A stretch of 64,000 nucleotides of DNA, taken from Eledone cirrhosa. Its lineage: Eukaryota. Made by a program: the position numbers and the translations under genes. The notes under the pieces are model-generated. The model saw only the letters and a program-made list of their open reading frames with translations, searched no databases and was not told the DNA's origin. Location of the stretch: assembly GCA_964016885.1 (NCBI GenBank), contig OZ024745.1:77872001-77936000 (forward strand). The letters are read 5' to 3'. Every line of letters begins with the position of its first letter. Position 1 is the stretch's first letter. Positions 1 to 11,695 of the stretch are shown in pieces.

Positions 1-269
1 TCTGTGTATATGTGTGTGTATGTGTGTATGTGCGTGTGAGTGTAGTTACATAATAAAGACATTACACAGTATTATGTCACCTATCGTCCGATTTTTTATG
101 TTTCATACCAGAATAGAAAATGTTATTAGAGAAAATGCATCCATACATCTGTTCAACTCTTCTTGGGACTTAATATTTACAAATGTCCACACACATCCAC
201 ACACCTTTCATCACCACAATGACCCCTATCTCCATTTGTGTATTGAGGTACAAACACTGCTTATATTGA

Positions 270-815
270 AACGGACACCCACGAATGAGTGATCAGAAGA
301 TCTTGAAGAAGATGATGTGTGGCAAAATCTTATGCCTAAAGCACTCCTATAAAATACCAGGGCTACCATTTAAGGACTGTGGAAAGTCCTCTTCGAATGC
401 ATTTGAAATACGAGAGGACAACTGGGAAAGAAATGCTTATTGTCGTCATTAACAGAGAAATGGATAATCGATAGTGCGAAAGATTTTGAAAAAGTACGAA
501 TCATTCATGCATAAATTTAATGAGCTGCACAAAAAAATACAATTTTTGATTTGGATGGGGTAACCTTGCTCTCGGGTAATTGTGGTCACACATGTCTTTC
601 TATGGCTGGCCTGAGTAGACATCAACGAATTCAAAAGGCTACACAGCAATTTCACGCAAATATATTGTGTAATATGCAGTTCGTATTGGAAGGTCTGTAA
701 GTTCATTGGTGAGCTTATTATGTAGTGGTATGCATCAGACCACGTTTCTGCATACTATACAGCATTGTAAGGTCTGAGGAAAGTCATGCAGGAGTCAGGC
801 GAACTTTAAGAGTCA
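270..815 (+). mobile_element. Decayed 3' fragment of an RTE-clade LINE (RT C-terminus and C2H2-like remnants)
   Basis: Broken-frame peptides LKKMMCGK..PFKDCGKSS..DNWERNA..AKDFEKVRI and CLSMAGLSRHQR parallel the RTE C-terminus at 52695-53320. Many stops and frameshifts. Confidence 0.6.
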
Positions 816-2114
816 ATGTCGAAAATACACACACACACACAGACACAGACAGACACACACACGCGCGCGCGCGCACGCACATATACCCACATGAGTGTGC
901 GTTTGTGAATGTGTGGAGGCACGCATATGTATGAGTGTCCTTATCTAAGTAGTTGTCTACCAAATGGTACACCATTTTGCCTATACTGTACTTCTTTCGC
1001 AAGACTCGTACATGCAAAAATAAACAAATAAACTCACACTCCCGTGCTAAGATAATCTATTTTGGTATGAAATTTAGATACGTCTAACCAAAATACACGA
1101 CATCAACAAGAAGAGAAAATAAACAACTGCTGTCAACATTTCTACAATTTACACAAGGTTAACCACAAAATACCGCATATGTACACACACACACACACAC
1201 AAACATATATATATATGTACGTGTGTGTGTATGAGTGACACTAAAGTGATACAATGAAATACATCGCTACACAAAAAGAACACCATCGATGCTCTAAACT
1301 CGTTATAACTTGGCGGTTTAAACATCTGAAGAAGTATGCATTTCAAAATCCCCCATGATTCCTGAAACAATAAAACTATATAACGAAAAATAAATTAACA
1401 TTCTTTGATGATATAATGTTACACAAGGTTATCTGTCTTGTATATGTATAAAACAAAGGTATTCGTCAGTAATTTGCTGACACGACAAAACATTTTTAGA
1501 TGTGTGCATATACTAATTGACACTGTTAAACAAATATATTTTATACTTTGTTCCCATAAGGCAATGTCTAAAATGGTTTAGTCTTTTTCGTGCGAAATAT
1601 TTGTCAAATTTAGATTAGATAGAATGAGAGAAGATGCATCTGAGACAAAATAATTCAGATAAAAAAACTGCCTTTGCCGTTGCTATTACTGGCAAATATT
1701 ATTTTATTATTACTACTGTTGAGAATATATATATTTAACATAGGAAGACGTCAAAACATTTGCCAACGGGAGCAGTCGATAGTATCGACCACAGAACTTG
1801 ATTAGTATATATTTTGTCGACACCACTCTCACCACAGAAGGATATAATGCAAAGTCGACGTTAATAGAAATTCATATCAAAATGTAATGAGACGAAACGA
1901 AACGCTGGAAGGTATATTGTCAGTTGCTCTAATGTTCTGCCAATTCACTACCTAAAGTTACTATACTACATACTACTGTCATGCCGTAAGGTCATGTTTC
2001 TAAGCGTTGATATAAACTTGCTTCCATTGCTGAAGCCTTCTCCTGAATATATCAATCTTTCACCCATTTATCATTATTATTATTACTGTTATTATCATTA
2101 TTTGGATTTGCAAT

Positions 2115-2390
2115 ATCAATAGAGCGTCGGACAACATGCTTCGCAGTATAGAGTTACGGCTCTTTGCGTTCTGAGATCAAATCCCGCCGCAGTTTGTTTT
2201 GCCTTTCATCCTTTCGGGGTCGATAAAATAAAGCACCAGTAATGCATTGTGGTCGATTTAATCGACTTTCCACTCCTAAAACGTTCCTGGCCTTCTGCCT
2301 TTCATCTTACGAGGTCGATAAAATAAAGAACCAGTAATGCACTCGGTAATTACTGGCCTTCTGCCTATATTAGAAACAATTATTATTATC
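2115..2390 (+). mobile_element. tRNA-type SINE (main family of the window) with internal duplication
   Basis: B-box-like GAGATCAAATCCCGCC, body motif GCCTTTCATCCTTTCGGGGTCGATAAAATAAAG (present twice), tail GGCCTTCTGCCTATATTAGAAACAATTATTATT. Confidence 0.75.
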
Positions 2391-2649
2391 ATTATTGTAG
2401 TTGTTAACGTAGTGAGTTATCGAATCTGAAAGGAATAGAGAAATGTTTTTGAATTAATTTGTTTCATTCTGAAGCCAATTGCCACCAAGACACTTCTTCT
2501 TGTAATCCTCCAACAAAATGACTTTCATCCATTCGAGATCGATAAAAAAATACCAGTCTAGAACTGGGGGGAATTCTTCCTCTATATCTCTTCCTCACTT
2601 CCATTCTCTGACTCTTTCTATCCTTCTCTGGAATAACTCTGCTATATTC

Positions 2650-2704
2650 AGACCTGGAGAGGGATGGTCTCTGCCAGGTTTAAAATGCCCTAGAAACGTC
2701 GTTT
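2650..2704 (+). ncRNA. Degenerate type I hammerhead-like motif
   Basis: AGAC-CTGGAGA-GGG..CCCTA-GAAAC-GTC-GTTT. Core A6 is mutated to G; palindromic ACGT stem III. Confidence 0.4.
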
Positions 2705-2799
2705 AGCACTAGGCGATCCTACGTCAAGAGTTACAAGAAGAAAGAAAGAGAAGATACGGAGCTTTTACTTACTGGTAGGAGGATACTTCCCAGGTTTGT

Positions 2800-3330
2800 A
2801 TTCAAGTAGACAATGCGGATCTAGTATGGTGTACTTAGATTTTGCCTGCCTGCGACCATCACCTATGAAATATTGGAAGTGAAAGCAATAGATAAGTAGC
2901 TGCCAGGGACAGTGAATTTGTTCTTCCTAAGAAAGGGACAATGTATCATGTTTCCATAGTTTGTTTCAATCCATGGGATAGCGGCTAAAAAGTATGAAGT
3001 TTCGAGCGTATAGATAGGACAGCGTTGGAACTGGTCGCCTTGTTGAATTGGCACAATTGTAGATGATCTGGCATGTGATGATTTTATAAGCAATGATATG
3101 GTAAATGAAATTGAGAAGGATGTTTGTGTTTGAGATTAGATTTATGTGTGTGCATCATATAGTGTGAAATTAGAAAAATTTGAGTGTATGCAGGAACTTT
3201 ATAAACAGTGCTACCTGTATTATTACTTGGGGTGTGCTAATTTGGGAGTGTCAGAGGGAATGATTTTGTGGAGATATTTAAACGTTATTTTTAAAAATTC
3301 AAGTAGCGAACGAAAGAATACTCGCAGGAA
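2800..3330 (+). mobile_element. Highly decayed CR1/L2-like RT fragment
   Basis: Remnant peptide MVYLDFA-CLR/CDH at about 2826-2860 resembles the RT motif D.VYLDF.KAFD. The rest is heavily mutated. Confidence 0.3.
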
Positions 3331-3360
3331 TTTGGATTCATATGAACTTATATCTCCCCG

Positions 3361-3442
<82 letters not shown>

Positions 3443-3448
<6 letters not shown>

Positions 3449-4352
3449 CACACAGATAGAGGCGGACACACACATATACATGAATATATCCACATATATC
3501 CTTGAGTTAGTGGTACCAACCTCAACCGATGTTGCTCTATGAATACCTGGGAGAAACTAATCCGAATGGATTAGATTGAATAAGTATCAGAGCTATGTAA
3601 TACATTATGAAGAGAGAAGGAATATTAGATATAATTAATAATAAGATATATCATATCCAAACTGCTTCTTTAGTCCCCGACTACGTAGTTTCGTGGCATA
3701 TTATGCAAAAACACTACATCACAGAGATATAGAATTTTTGTGAGGTCTGCCGACATATCAAGAGGGTACCTCATTAAGAGATTCAAAACACGTCCGTAAG
3801 ATGCGAGATAGAATCCCGAAAGGCGGAGGGGGAGTCAATCACGTGATACAGCGATCAAGAAACAGAGCTCAGCCTCTTATAACCCTGAAAAAAATAACAC
3901 GGTGGTGGAGGGGTACGTATATCAAAGCCGTAGAAGAGGTGGCTAAGGTGGTGAGAAGTATGAGTAATGGTAGCTTTCCAGCAGTCATTACACTTCAAAG
4001 GTTACTCGACCAAAGGGTGTTATAAACAACATATAGAGAAACACACAGATACATGCGGACACATACATATACATGAATATATCCACATACATCCTTGAGT
4101 TAGTTGTACCAACCTCAACCGATGTTGCTCTATGAATTACTGGGATAAGTTAATCCGAATGGACTAGATTGATTCAGTATCAGAGCTATATAATACATTA
4201 TGAAGAGATATAGAATTCTATATCTCTGTGATGTAGTGTTTTTGCATAATATGCCACGAAACTAAGTAGTCGGGTACTAAAGAAGCAGTTTGGGTATGAT
4301 ATATATTATTATTAATTATATCTAATGTTTCTTCTCTCCTCATAATGTATTA
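3443..4352 (-). mobile_element. Non-coding repeat family X (monomer about 593 bp): partial tandem plus inverted segment, in (TA)n/(GA)n
   Basis: AGAAACACACAGATA starts at 3444 and again at 4037. Segment 4215-4352 is an inverted copy of about 3598-3737. Homologous to 5462-6099 and 14633-15014. Carries the hammerhead-like CTG-TGA..GCCAC-GAAAC-TACGTA-GTC. Confidence 0.8.
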
Positions 4353-4371
4353 TATATATATATATATATAT

Positions 4372-5196
4372 AGTAATAATAATGAAATTGAAGACTAAAA
4401 TCCAGAGAGGGCTCGATAAGGAAAATATATATCAAATATATAAGAACCGAAGAGCAAATATTTATTAAAATAACAGGGTCAATCTGTGAACGCAGAGGTG
4501 GATGTTTCGGGGAGCGTTGCAGCCGGAGGAAGACGGGAGGACGATGCTTTGGTTCGTGGAAGCGTTCCCTGGCAGAGAGCGGGAAAGAGCAAATATAATG
4601 CGTCATTGGTGGGAGCGGTGAAGAGCAATTGCACGCAGGGGCGGAACCACGTTTATGGTGTGGAGGAGGTCGTGGACTAGTGTTCTATTGGGTGTTCATA
4701 GAGGCGCTCTCTGGCAATGAACAGAGGATACGAAGATAATACTCTGAAGCGGAGACTCTTTCGGTTTCCTAGTTAGAATTTTAGTCTACGACTTCAGCTA
4801 TACCATTTACGTGGTTTTGTCTTTGCGTGCAATTGTTCTCCACGCTCCACATATGACGTATTATCTTCGTTTTTTCCGTTCATTGCCAGAGAACATCTCT
4901 ATGAACCACCTAAGAGAACATTAGTCTACGACTTCTTTTATACCATACACGTGGTTCTGTCTTTGCATGTAATTGTTTTTCACTGATCCTATTAATGACG
5001 TATTATATTCGTTTTTTCCCGTTCTTTGCCAGGGAATGTTTCCACGAACCAAAGTATCGTCTTCCTGTCTTCCTCCAGTTGCAACGTTTTTTGAAATATC
5101 CACTTCTGCGTTTACAGATTGACTTTGTTAGTTTCAGAAGATCCCGTTAAGGGTGAAAGCAGCGATTCTTTGCTTAAACTTTAATCTGTTATTTTA

Positions 5197-5202
<6 letters not shown>
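4372..5202. mobile_element. Non-coding repeat family Y as a fold-back in (TA)n; left arm A-to-G hypermutated
   Basis: 4477-4742 is the reverse complement of about 4859-5124. Homologous to 13744-14372 and 28425-28657. Internal tandem unit of about 141 bp. Confidence 0.85.
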
Positions 5203-5252
<50 letters not shown>

Positions 5253-6095
5253 CGAAATATAGATATAGATATAAATATAGATATAGATATATAATCTCAC
5301 CGATGTATTAAATAATTTATGTCTACGTAAAAGTAATATCAAGTGATGTCAAATGATAATTGTATGATATTAAGATGAAAACAGTAACAGCCTGTGGGGA
5401 GGTGCAATACATTTAAAATATGGATCTGCTATAATATTTATTCTTAATTATTATTTATTCTTTATTATTAATTATATCTAATGTTTCTTCTCTCTTCATA
5501 ATGTATTATATAGCTCTGATACTGAATCAATCTAGTCCATTCGGATTAACTTATCACAGTTATTCATAGAGCAACATCGGTTGAGATTGGTACCATTAAC
5601 TCAAGGATGTATGTGGATATATTCATGTATATGTATGTGTCCGCACGTATCTGTGTGTTTCTCTATATATATTGTTTATAACATCCTTTGGTCGAGTAAC
5701 CTTTGAATTGTAGTGACTGCTGGAAAGCTACAATTACTCATACTTCTCACCACCTTAGCCACCTCTTCTACGGCTTTGATATAAGTACCCCCTCCGCCTC
5801 CGTGGTATTTTTTCAGGGTTATAAAAGGCTAAGCTCTGTTTCTTGATCGCTGTATCACGTGATTGACTCCCCCTCCGCCTTTCGGGATTCTATCTCGCGT
5901 CCTACGGACGTGTTTTGAAACTCTTAATGAGATATCCTCTTGATAAGTCGGCAGCCCTCACAAAAATTCTATATCTCTGTGATGTAGTGTTTTTGCATAA
6001 TATGCCACGAAACTACGTAGTAGACTAAAGAAGCAGTTTGGATATGATATATCTTATTATTAATTATATCTAATGTTTCTTCTCTCTTCATAATG

Positions 6096-6162
<67 letters not shown>

Positions 6163-6345
6163 AATGTAGATATAAATATAGATATAGATATATAATCTCA
6201 CCGATGTATTAAATAATTTATGTCTACGTAAAAGTAATATCAAGTGATGTCAAATGATGATTGTATGATATTAGATGAAAACAGTAACAGCCTGTGGGGA
6301 GGTGCAATACATTTAAAATATGCATCTGCTATAATATTTATTCTT
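5203..6345 (+). repeat. Direct duplication of about 245 bp (5203-5445 = 6100-6345) bracketing a family X copy
   Basis: (TA)n(GA)n-GAAAT..TCTCACCGATGTATTAAAT..CTATAATATTTATTCTT occurs nearly identically on both sides of 5462-6099. Confidence 0.85.
5462..6099 (+). mobile_element. Family X copy: one monomer plus about 45 bp terminal redundancy
   Basis: TTATTATTAATTATATCTAATGTTTCTTCTCTCTTCATAATGTATTA occurs at both 5462 and about 6054. Reverse complement of the 3443-4208 copy. Confidence 0.8.
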
Positions 6346-7219
6346 GTAACATCCCAGCAATCTGTGTCTGCAAAGCAGCTTTGATTATGAGTTGAGAATT
6401 TTCACTTCTTTTTCCCATCATTTCTGATCAGCCTTATTGAATATATCTTCTGGTTAGGGTTATGGGATACTCCTCTCTCACTGAATGTATATTTCCAAAT
6501 CAACCATTCGTTCTATCTTTATAGGTTTTAGACATTAGAGCATATCCGTTCGTCTTTATAAGTAGACGAAAATATAAAAAAGTGATTATGCGCATGTGGA
6601 GTACCACGAATCAAAGATACTAGTCCCAAGTTGATTTCAATTGAGATTATTTCACCTCAACTACGTTATAAATTAGTCACGTAAGTGAGTGAACGGCACA
6701 CTATCTCTATTTAAGATTCCGAACAAAACAATTTGTTGTTCAGCTACTGGTAATCTCTGGTTGAACAGATCTTTAAGTAAAGACGTTTGACCAGCAACCA
6801 TCTCGTGTATTTTTATTGATTATGTTAAAAAATGCCGTTATATATAAATTCTGGTGTACACCAAAACAAACCCACAAAACAGTTTCAATTTCTTGAAATT
6901 ACGTAAATTCACTTCACTCATGTTACTAATATCTGTGAAAATGGACTCTGTATTTTATTATCTCAAACTCCTTCCTATAAATGTATGTTCATATTTTCTT
7001 TTAAGTAAGAAATCCATACATATTTAATTCTGTGCAATTGCAAATAAATAAACAGTTGATTATATCATGCGTGAGACACCAAACTTCTTTCATACGTGTC
7101 TGGTGCCAACATAGTAAGTGTCGAAAGTAATTACAGTGAAGGGTATTGTGTTATTTAAGGGGCCAGAATCGAAATCGCTCAAACGAAAGCTATATACAAT
7201 ATTTAGTATAGATACTAAT

Positions 7220-7365
7220 AATTTTCAACCCCAACAATTTGAGGGGAGGGGAAAGTCAATAAAATCGACCCCGTAAGGATGAAATCCAAAGCTAACCTCG
7301 GCGGGATTTGAAATTAAACCGTAAAGAGCCGTAACAGTATGTTGCAAAGTAGGGTGTCCGACGCC
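7220..7365 (-). mobile_element. SINE, main family, decayed
   Basis: ATCGACCCCGTAAGGATGAAA..AAAGCTAACCTCGGCGGGATTTGAA is the reverse complement of the SINE body and B-box. Confidence 0.65.
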
Positions 7366-9324
7366 TATAGTATATCCACCGTCCTATAGTATAGATATTA
7401 ATCAAGCATTGATATGAGACCGAATGTTACATTAAACTGTACACGCAAAGTTTTCGTGAAGCGTTATTTCATTACCCGTTCCTAAAACAGTTTGAAAGGA
7501 AGTATTTTCTGAACAAGAATTAAGAAGAATAAAATCAGCCGAGGGTAACAAGTATTATCCCCTTTTTTTAAAAAAATGCACCCTTCGACGTGGTTGCTGG
7601 GCATCTGCAAGTAATTGAGCATCTGTTTTCTCTTTCGACAGTATATTTGAAGAAATAAATGTCTTGTCCAAATATTCTCTTCTTCAAAAAAATATAGCTC
7701 AGATTAAGAGGGGGGAAGTATTTTTGTCCAATAATAAATTAAGAAAAATACTATATTAATAAAAATACAGAAGATATATGAAAACAAAAGTAAGTTTATG
7801 AACACAGAAAATGTGAGGTTATAAGGTTCTAACTGTTGAATAACGAGCTGTTTTCGAAAAAAAAGTAAAACAATTGAGAGCTAGTGAAACGTTTACACTC
7901 ACGTTGTTTCCCACAGCGTGATATTTCAGAAGGTCTATATTTATAAATTCCTTTACTCTGAAATGTAGGGTAACGGTTAAAATATTAAATTCGATACGAT
8001 TAGTATGATATTTTGGAAATAACTAGTAGCTTTCTAGTTAATTAATTGCTGAAAAAGAGTCCTTGTTTTTTTTTTTAAGGATCACTGTTGGTGTGTGTTT
8101 CATGACATCTGATTTCAATAAACTATAGTTTGGGGTACCCCACCCAATGTAACGTTGTGAGTCATGTTGTCAAAGAGAGAAAGAAACAGAAAACAGTGAA
8201 GAAGTTCAGAGCTAATGGGACATAAATTTGGGATTTACCTTTCAAGTAGCGGTATATTATTCCATCGCAATGTATTTAGCAAGTTGTTTCACAAAACGCC
8301 CGTACTATCAAAGTAGAAGTACACTTACGCAAGCTCACATAAATACACAAACACACACATATACGCACACATGTTCAGTTTCTCACATACACGTATGTGC
8401 TGACACACATTTACATACCCCTTTTCTCTCTCAGAAACTGTTATGAAAATAGTGACAAATATCTAAGCCCTTTAACACGTATACTTCAAAAATATATAAA
8501 CAACTGGAAAATCTAGCAATAAATGTCAACAACAAAAACAAACAAAAAAAAATAATAAATATCATCATCAGCAGCATGTATATTATCAGGTAAAAAACAT
8601 AGGCTAAGAAATTTGATAATATTTTGGAAGTTATCGTGTTGGAGATATGAATTTTTCTTTCAGAGCAAAGGGAAAATGTTATCAGAAACAAATCTTTGTT
8701 TGGGCAGTAATGAAAGCTGTTTGATCTAAATAGAAAGTTTCAGAAGTTGGTTTATTTAATGCAAACTGGTATTGAACGTGTTTTCTATGTTCATGCGTTG
8801 AATGTCATTTCCTATCTCCAAATGGCACATAGACCTTTCCGGTTACTAAAACTGTTGCTTATGAAATTTCAGATTATGGGGTTTCGTTCTTGTCACGTAT
8901 CAGTATCACAAATATATTTACATAACCTTCAGATTTGTTCAGTTGTACAGAATTTGAGATGCCCTATAGTCAATTTGATAAGCCACTGAGGGATTGAGGG
9001 ATTTCTATGATTATTTCCCCTATCAAAGAATCTAGATAGGCTGATTATGTGGCACCTCCGAATTCCAATTCTGAAATTGAAAATCTGTCTTAAACAAAAT
9101 TGTGATATTATAAATATCTTACAGTACAGTTCTTATGTTATTATGTTTTTCTTACTGAAATAGAGAAATAGGAAAAATTAATACAGGACACGTATAAAAT
9201 GCATAAATACACAGAAAGTAGAAAAATAAAGATTACTTGAACAGACTTCATGTTGAAATTTGCCAATATTTATGATTTACAATAGCCTGAGTATGAAACG
9301 TAAATGGTTAACATTTAGATTGCC

Positions 9325-9469
9325 TTGCGATTAAGAAGTTCACTTTGCAATCATGTGGTTTTCTGTTCAGTACCAATGCGTAGCACCTTTGGAAAGTACC
9401 TTCGATTATAGCTTCAAGATGACTAAGGAATTGTCAGCGAGATTTAGTAGAGGGAATCATGACTGAAGC

Positions 9470-9472
<3 letters not shown>
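9325..9472 (+). mobile_element. Second tRNA-type SINE family, decayed
   Basis: TTAAGAAGTTCACTTTGCAATCATGTGGTTTTCTGTTCAGTACCAATGCGTAGCACCTTTGG head with A/B-box-like remnants, ending at (TA)n. Confidence 0.5.
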
Positions 9473-9515
<43 letters not shown>

Positions 9516-9813
9516 CAGAATGGAAGCAGTAAAATCCGTTAGACCATTACTCACAAGAGCTCAGCCGTCGTCCCGAAATTTTCATACATACATACATATA
9601 TATATATTTTCTTTTTTTCTTTTTTTAGTATATGTTGGTTGTTTACTATGCGGATTGGAGCACTCGACGAAGTGCGCAGGTTGGTTTGTTTACTCCAGAG
9701 AAATTACTCCTCAGAGAAATAACAACACAACCAGGAGCTGGACATATCGATGTATTGACGGAGTAAAACACACTTCAACAACATGTGTACCTGTCTTTCC
9801 CACACCAATTCGG

Positions 9814-9868
9814 ACTGCCTGAAGAGGTCACATCCAATGATGGCTGTCACCGAAATATATATAGCAGT
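9814..9868 (+). ncRNA. Type I hammerhead ribozyme within a non-coding insert of about 400 bp (9517-9925) between microsatellites
   Basis: Stem I ACTGC/GCAGT; core CTGAAGA; stem II GGTCACATCCA-ATGA-TGGCTGTCACC (2 mismatches); GAAA; palindromic stem III ATATATAT; AUA cleavage triplet. Confidence 0.8.
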
Positions 9869-9921
9869 ATATCTATAATTTATCATAAACGAAGCCAAAT
9901 TTTACATATTTTACTTAATTA

Positions 9922-10044
<123 letters not shown>

Positions 10045-11015
10045 CGGCCTATAGCATAGAAACGGAATACGTCCAGCAGTTAGATACGTGTGGTATCTTT
10101 ACCAAAACACTGCCACTGTACTCACTGATTAATTATAATGTGTGCACTCTGAACATATGCAATTTCATATTCGAAAGCGCATTGTCTCATTGAGTGAGTG
10201 TGTCATGGCCAGAGGTCGCTAAAATACATTCGGTGACTCTCGTAAACTGTATATATATACTTTATTTTAATAATACAGAAAATGATATATGCAAGCAAAT
10301 ATAATTATATGAATGCAAAAGATATGGGGTTATAAGAGTCCAACAGTTAAAGAGCGAAATCGTTTTTATTTCTCTTTGTTTAAATCAAGTGTTTCTGGAA
10401 TGTTCTTCACGTGACTATGAATATGATGGATAATGCTATTTGCCTTACAAACAAGTTACCTAAAATTGAAGAGCGTGCCCTCAACTAATTCAGGGTTTCT
10501 CTCTCAAAGAAGTACAAGTATGCTTCACGATTTGAGTACTCTTTGAGTCAATTTTCAAACCAAAATTTCACATACACACGCACGCTTATGGGTGTGCGTA
10601 CGCTTAGTGTTGTCAGCAGAATGAGCACTCAATATCATAGTAGATATATATATATATTCTTTATTTAGGTCAAGATTGAGTCTTGCTCTTCCGTAATTTC
10701 TCCTATATACACTCACAATCACTAGACAAGAGTCTTGTAAGACGACCCTATGAGTACAGAGGAAAATCTCCAGAGTAACAAGCCTCATACATGGTCATGA
10801 TAAAGACTATATTTAGCCAGATGAATCGACCAAGCTTAAATATCGATGTCTCTGCCACTTCTAAGACAAAAATATTTATATTCTAACCATGCGTATTTAG
10901 AGCTCATTCAGTTAATGTTTGCATGTTTTAAATAACACGGTGTTTTAAACACACATTCTAATACACGCACAAACATACACACACATACATACATACATAC
11001 ATACAGACATACATA

Positions 11016-11624
11016 CATGGTGGCTGCCAACTCGTTTTCGAGTACGGCCACTACTTTATATCCATGTAGGAGAACCCCTACCGATGCGCTGAACGAGTGT
11101 GACTTTTTAGTCCAGCCTGCGACTTGAAAACTGGCACAAACACGACATTTGTGACAATTATTGACACATAGTGCTGCGCCCATGGTACCATGTGACGACA
11201 AGTGCAGAGAGATCTCCAGATATAAAGCAATGCCTAATGCCGTGAAGCTTTTATAGTGAGCAAAGGCACTGCACAAAGCCAGTCCCACTCTCTTAATCAA
11301 GATGATATTTACCAAAAAGAAGAACAAGTCAACATCATTGGATACCATCAGGTTTGCAGGTGTTATATCAGAGTTTTCCTTCTCCTAGAATTCTGCCTTG
11401 ACAAAGGCTAAGGGGTCATCTCTCCCGGTGATTTTGGATGGCCATTGACTCTTACGAGCACTTTGCCCTTTGACAGGTTTTGTTTTTAGTCCTGCAGGAT
11501 GTTCAAAGTCACCCTCCTCACCAAGAAACCTTGGTGGGGTTGCCAGTTTAGTCGCCAACGACCCAGCCATGAGACAGGTTGTACTGGGATACATGTTACC
11601 AGTAGCACCAACTGGTGACCTGAC
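11016..11624 (-). mobile_element. Bipartite non-autonomous RTE derivative (RTE 5'UTR fused to RTE 3' tail) with (TATG)n tail
   Basis: Minus strand has TAGGAGAAGGAAAACTCTGA and GAGAGTGGGACTGGCTTTGTGCAG (RTE 5'UTR-type motifs). It ends TGGCCGTACTCGAAAACGAGTTGGCAGCCACCATG(TATG)n, matching the tail of the coding RTE at 53881-53917. Confidence 0.7.
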
Positions 11625-11695
11625 ATGCATACATACATACATACATACATACATACATACATACATACATACATACATACATACATACATACATA

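Noticed and set aside
5135-5170. Functional hammerhead in family Y (CAGAAGA-TCCC..GGGT-GAAA)
   Set aside because: U4A change, no U16.1 and no convincing stem I; kept only as a weak resemblance.
11535-11624. Canonical HDV-like or twister ribozyme call
   Set aside because: P1/P2/P3 connectivity and twister core residues could not be satisfied by eye; reported only as a candidate structure.
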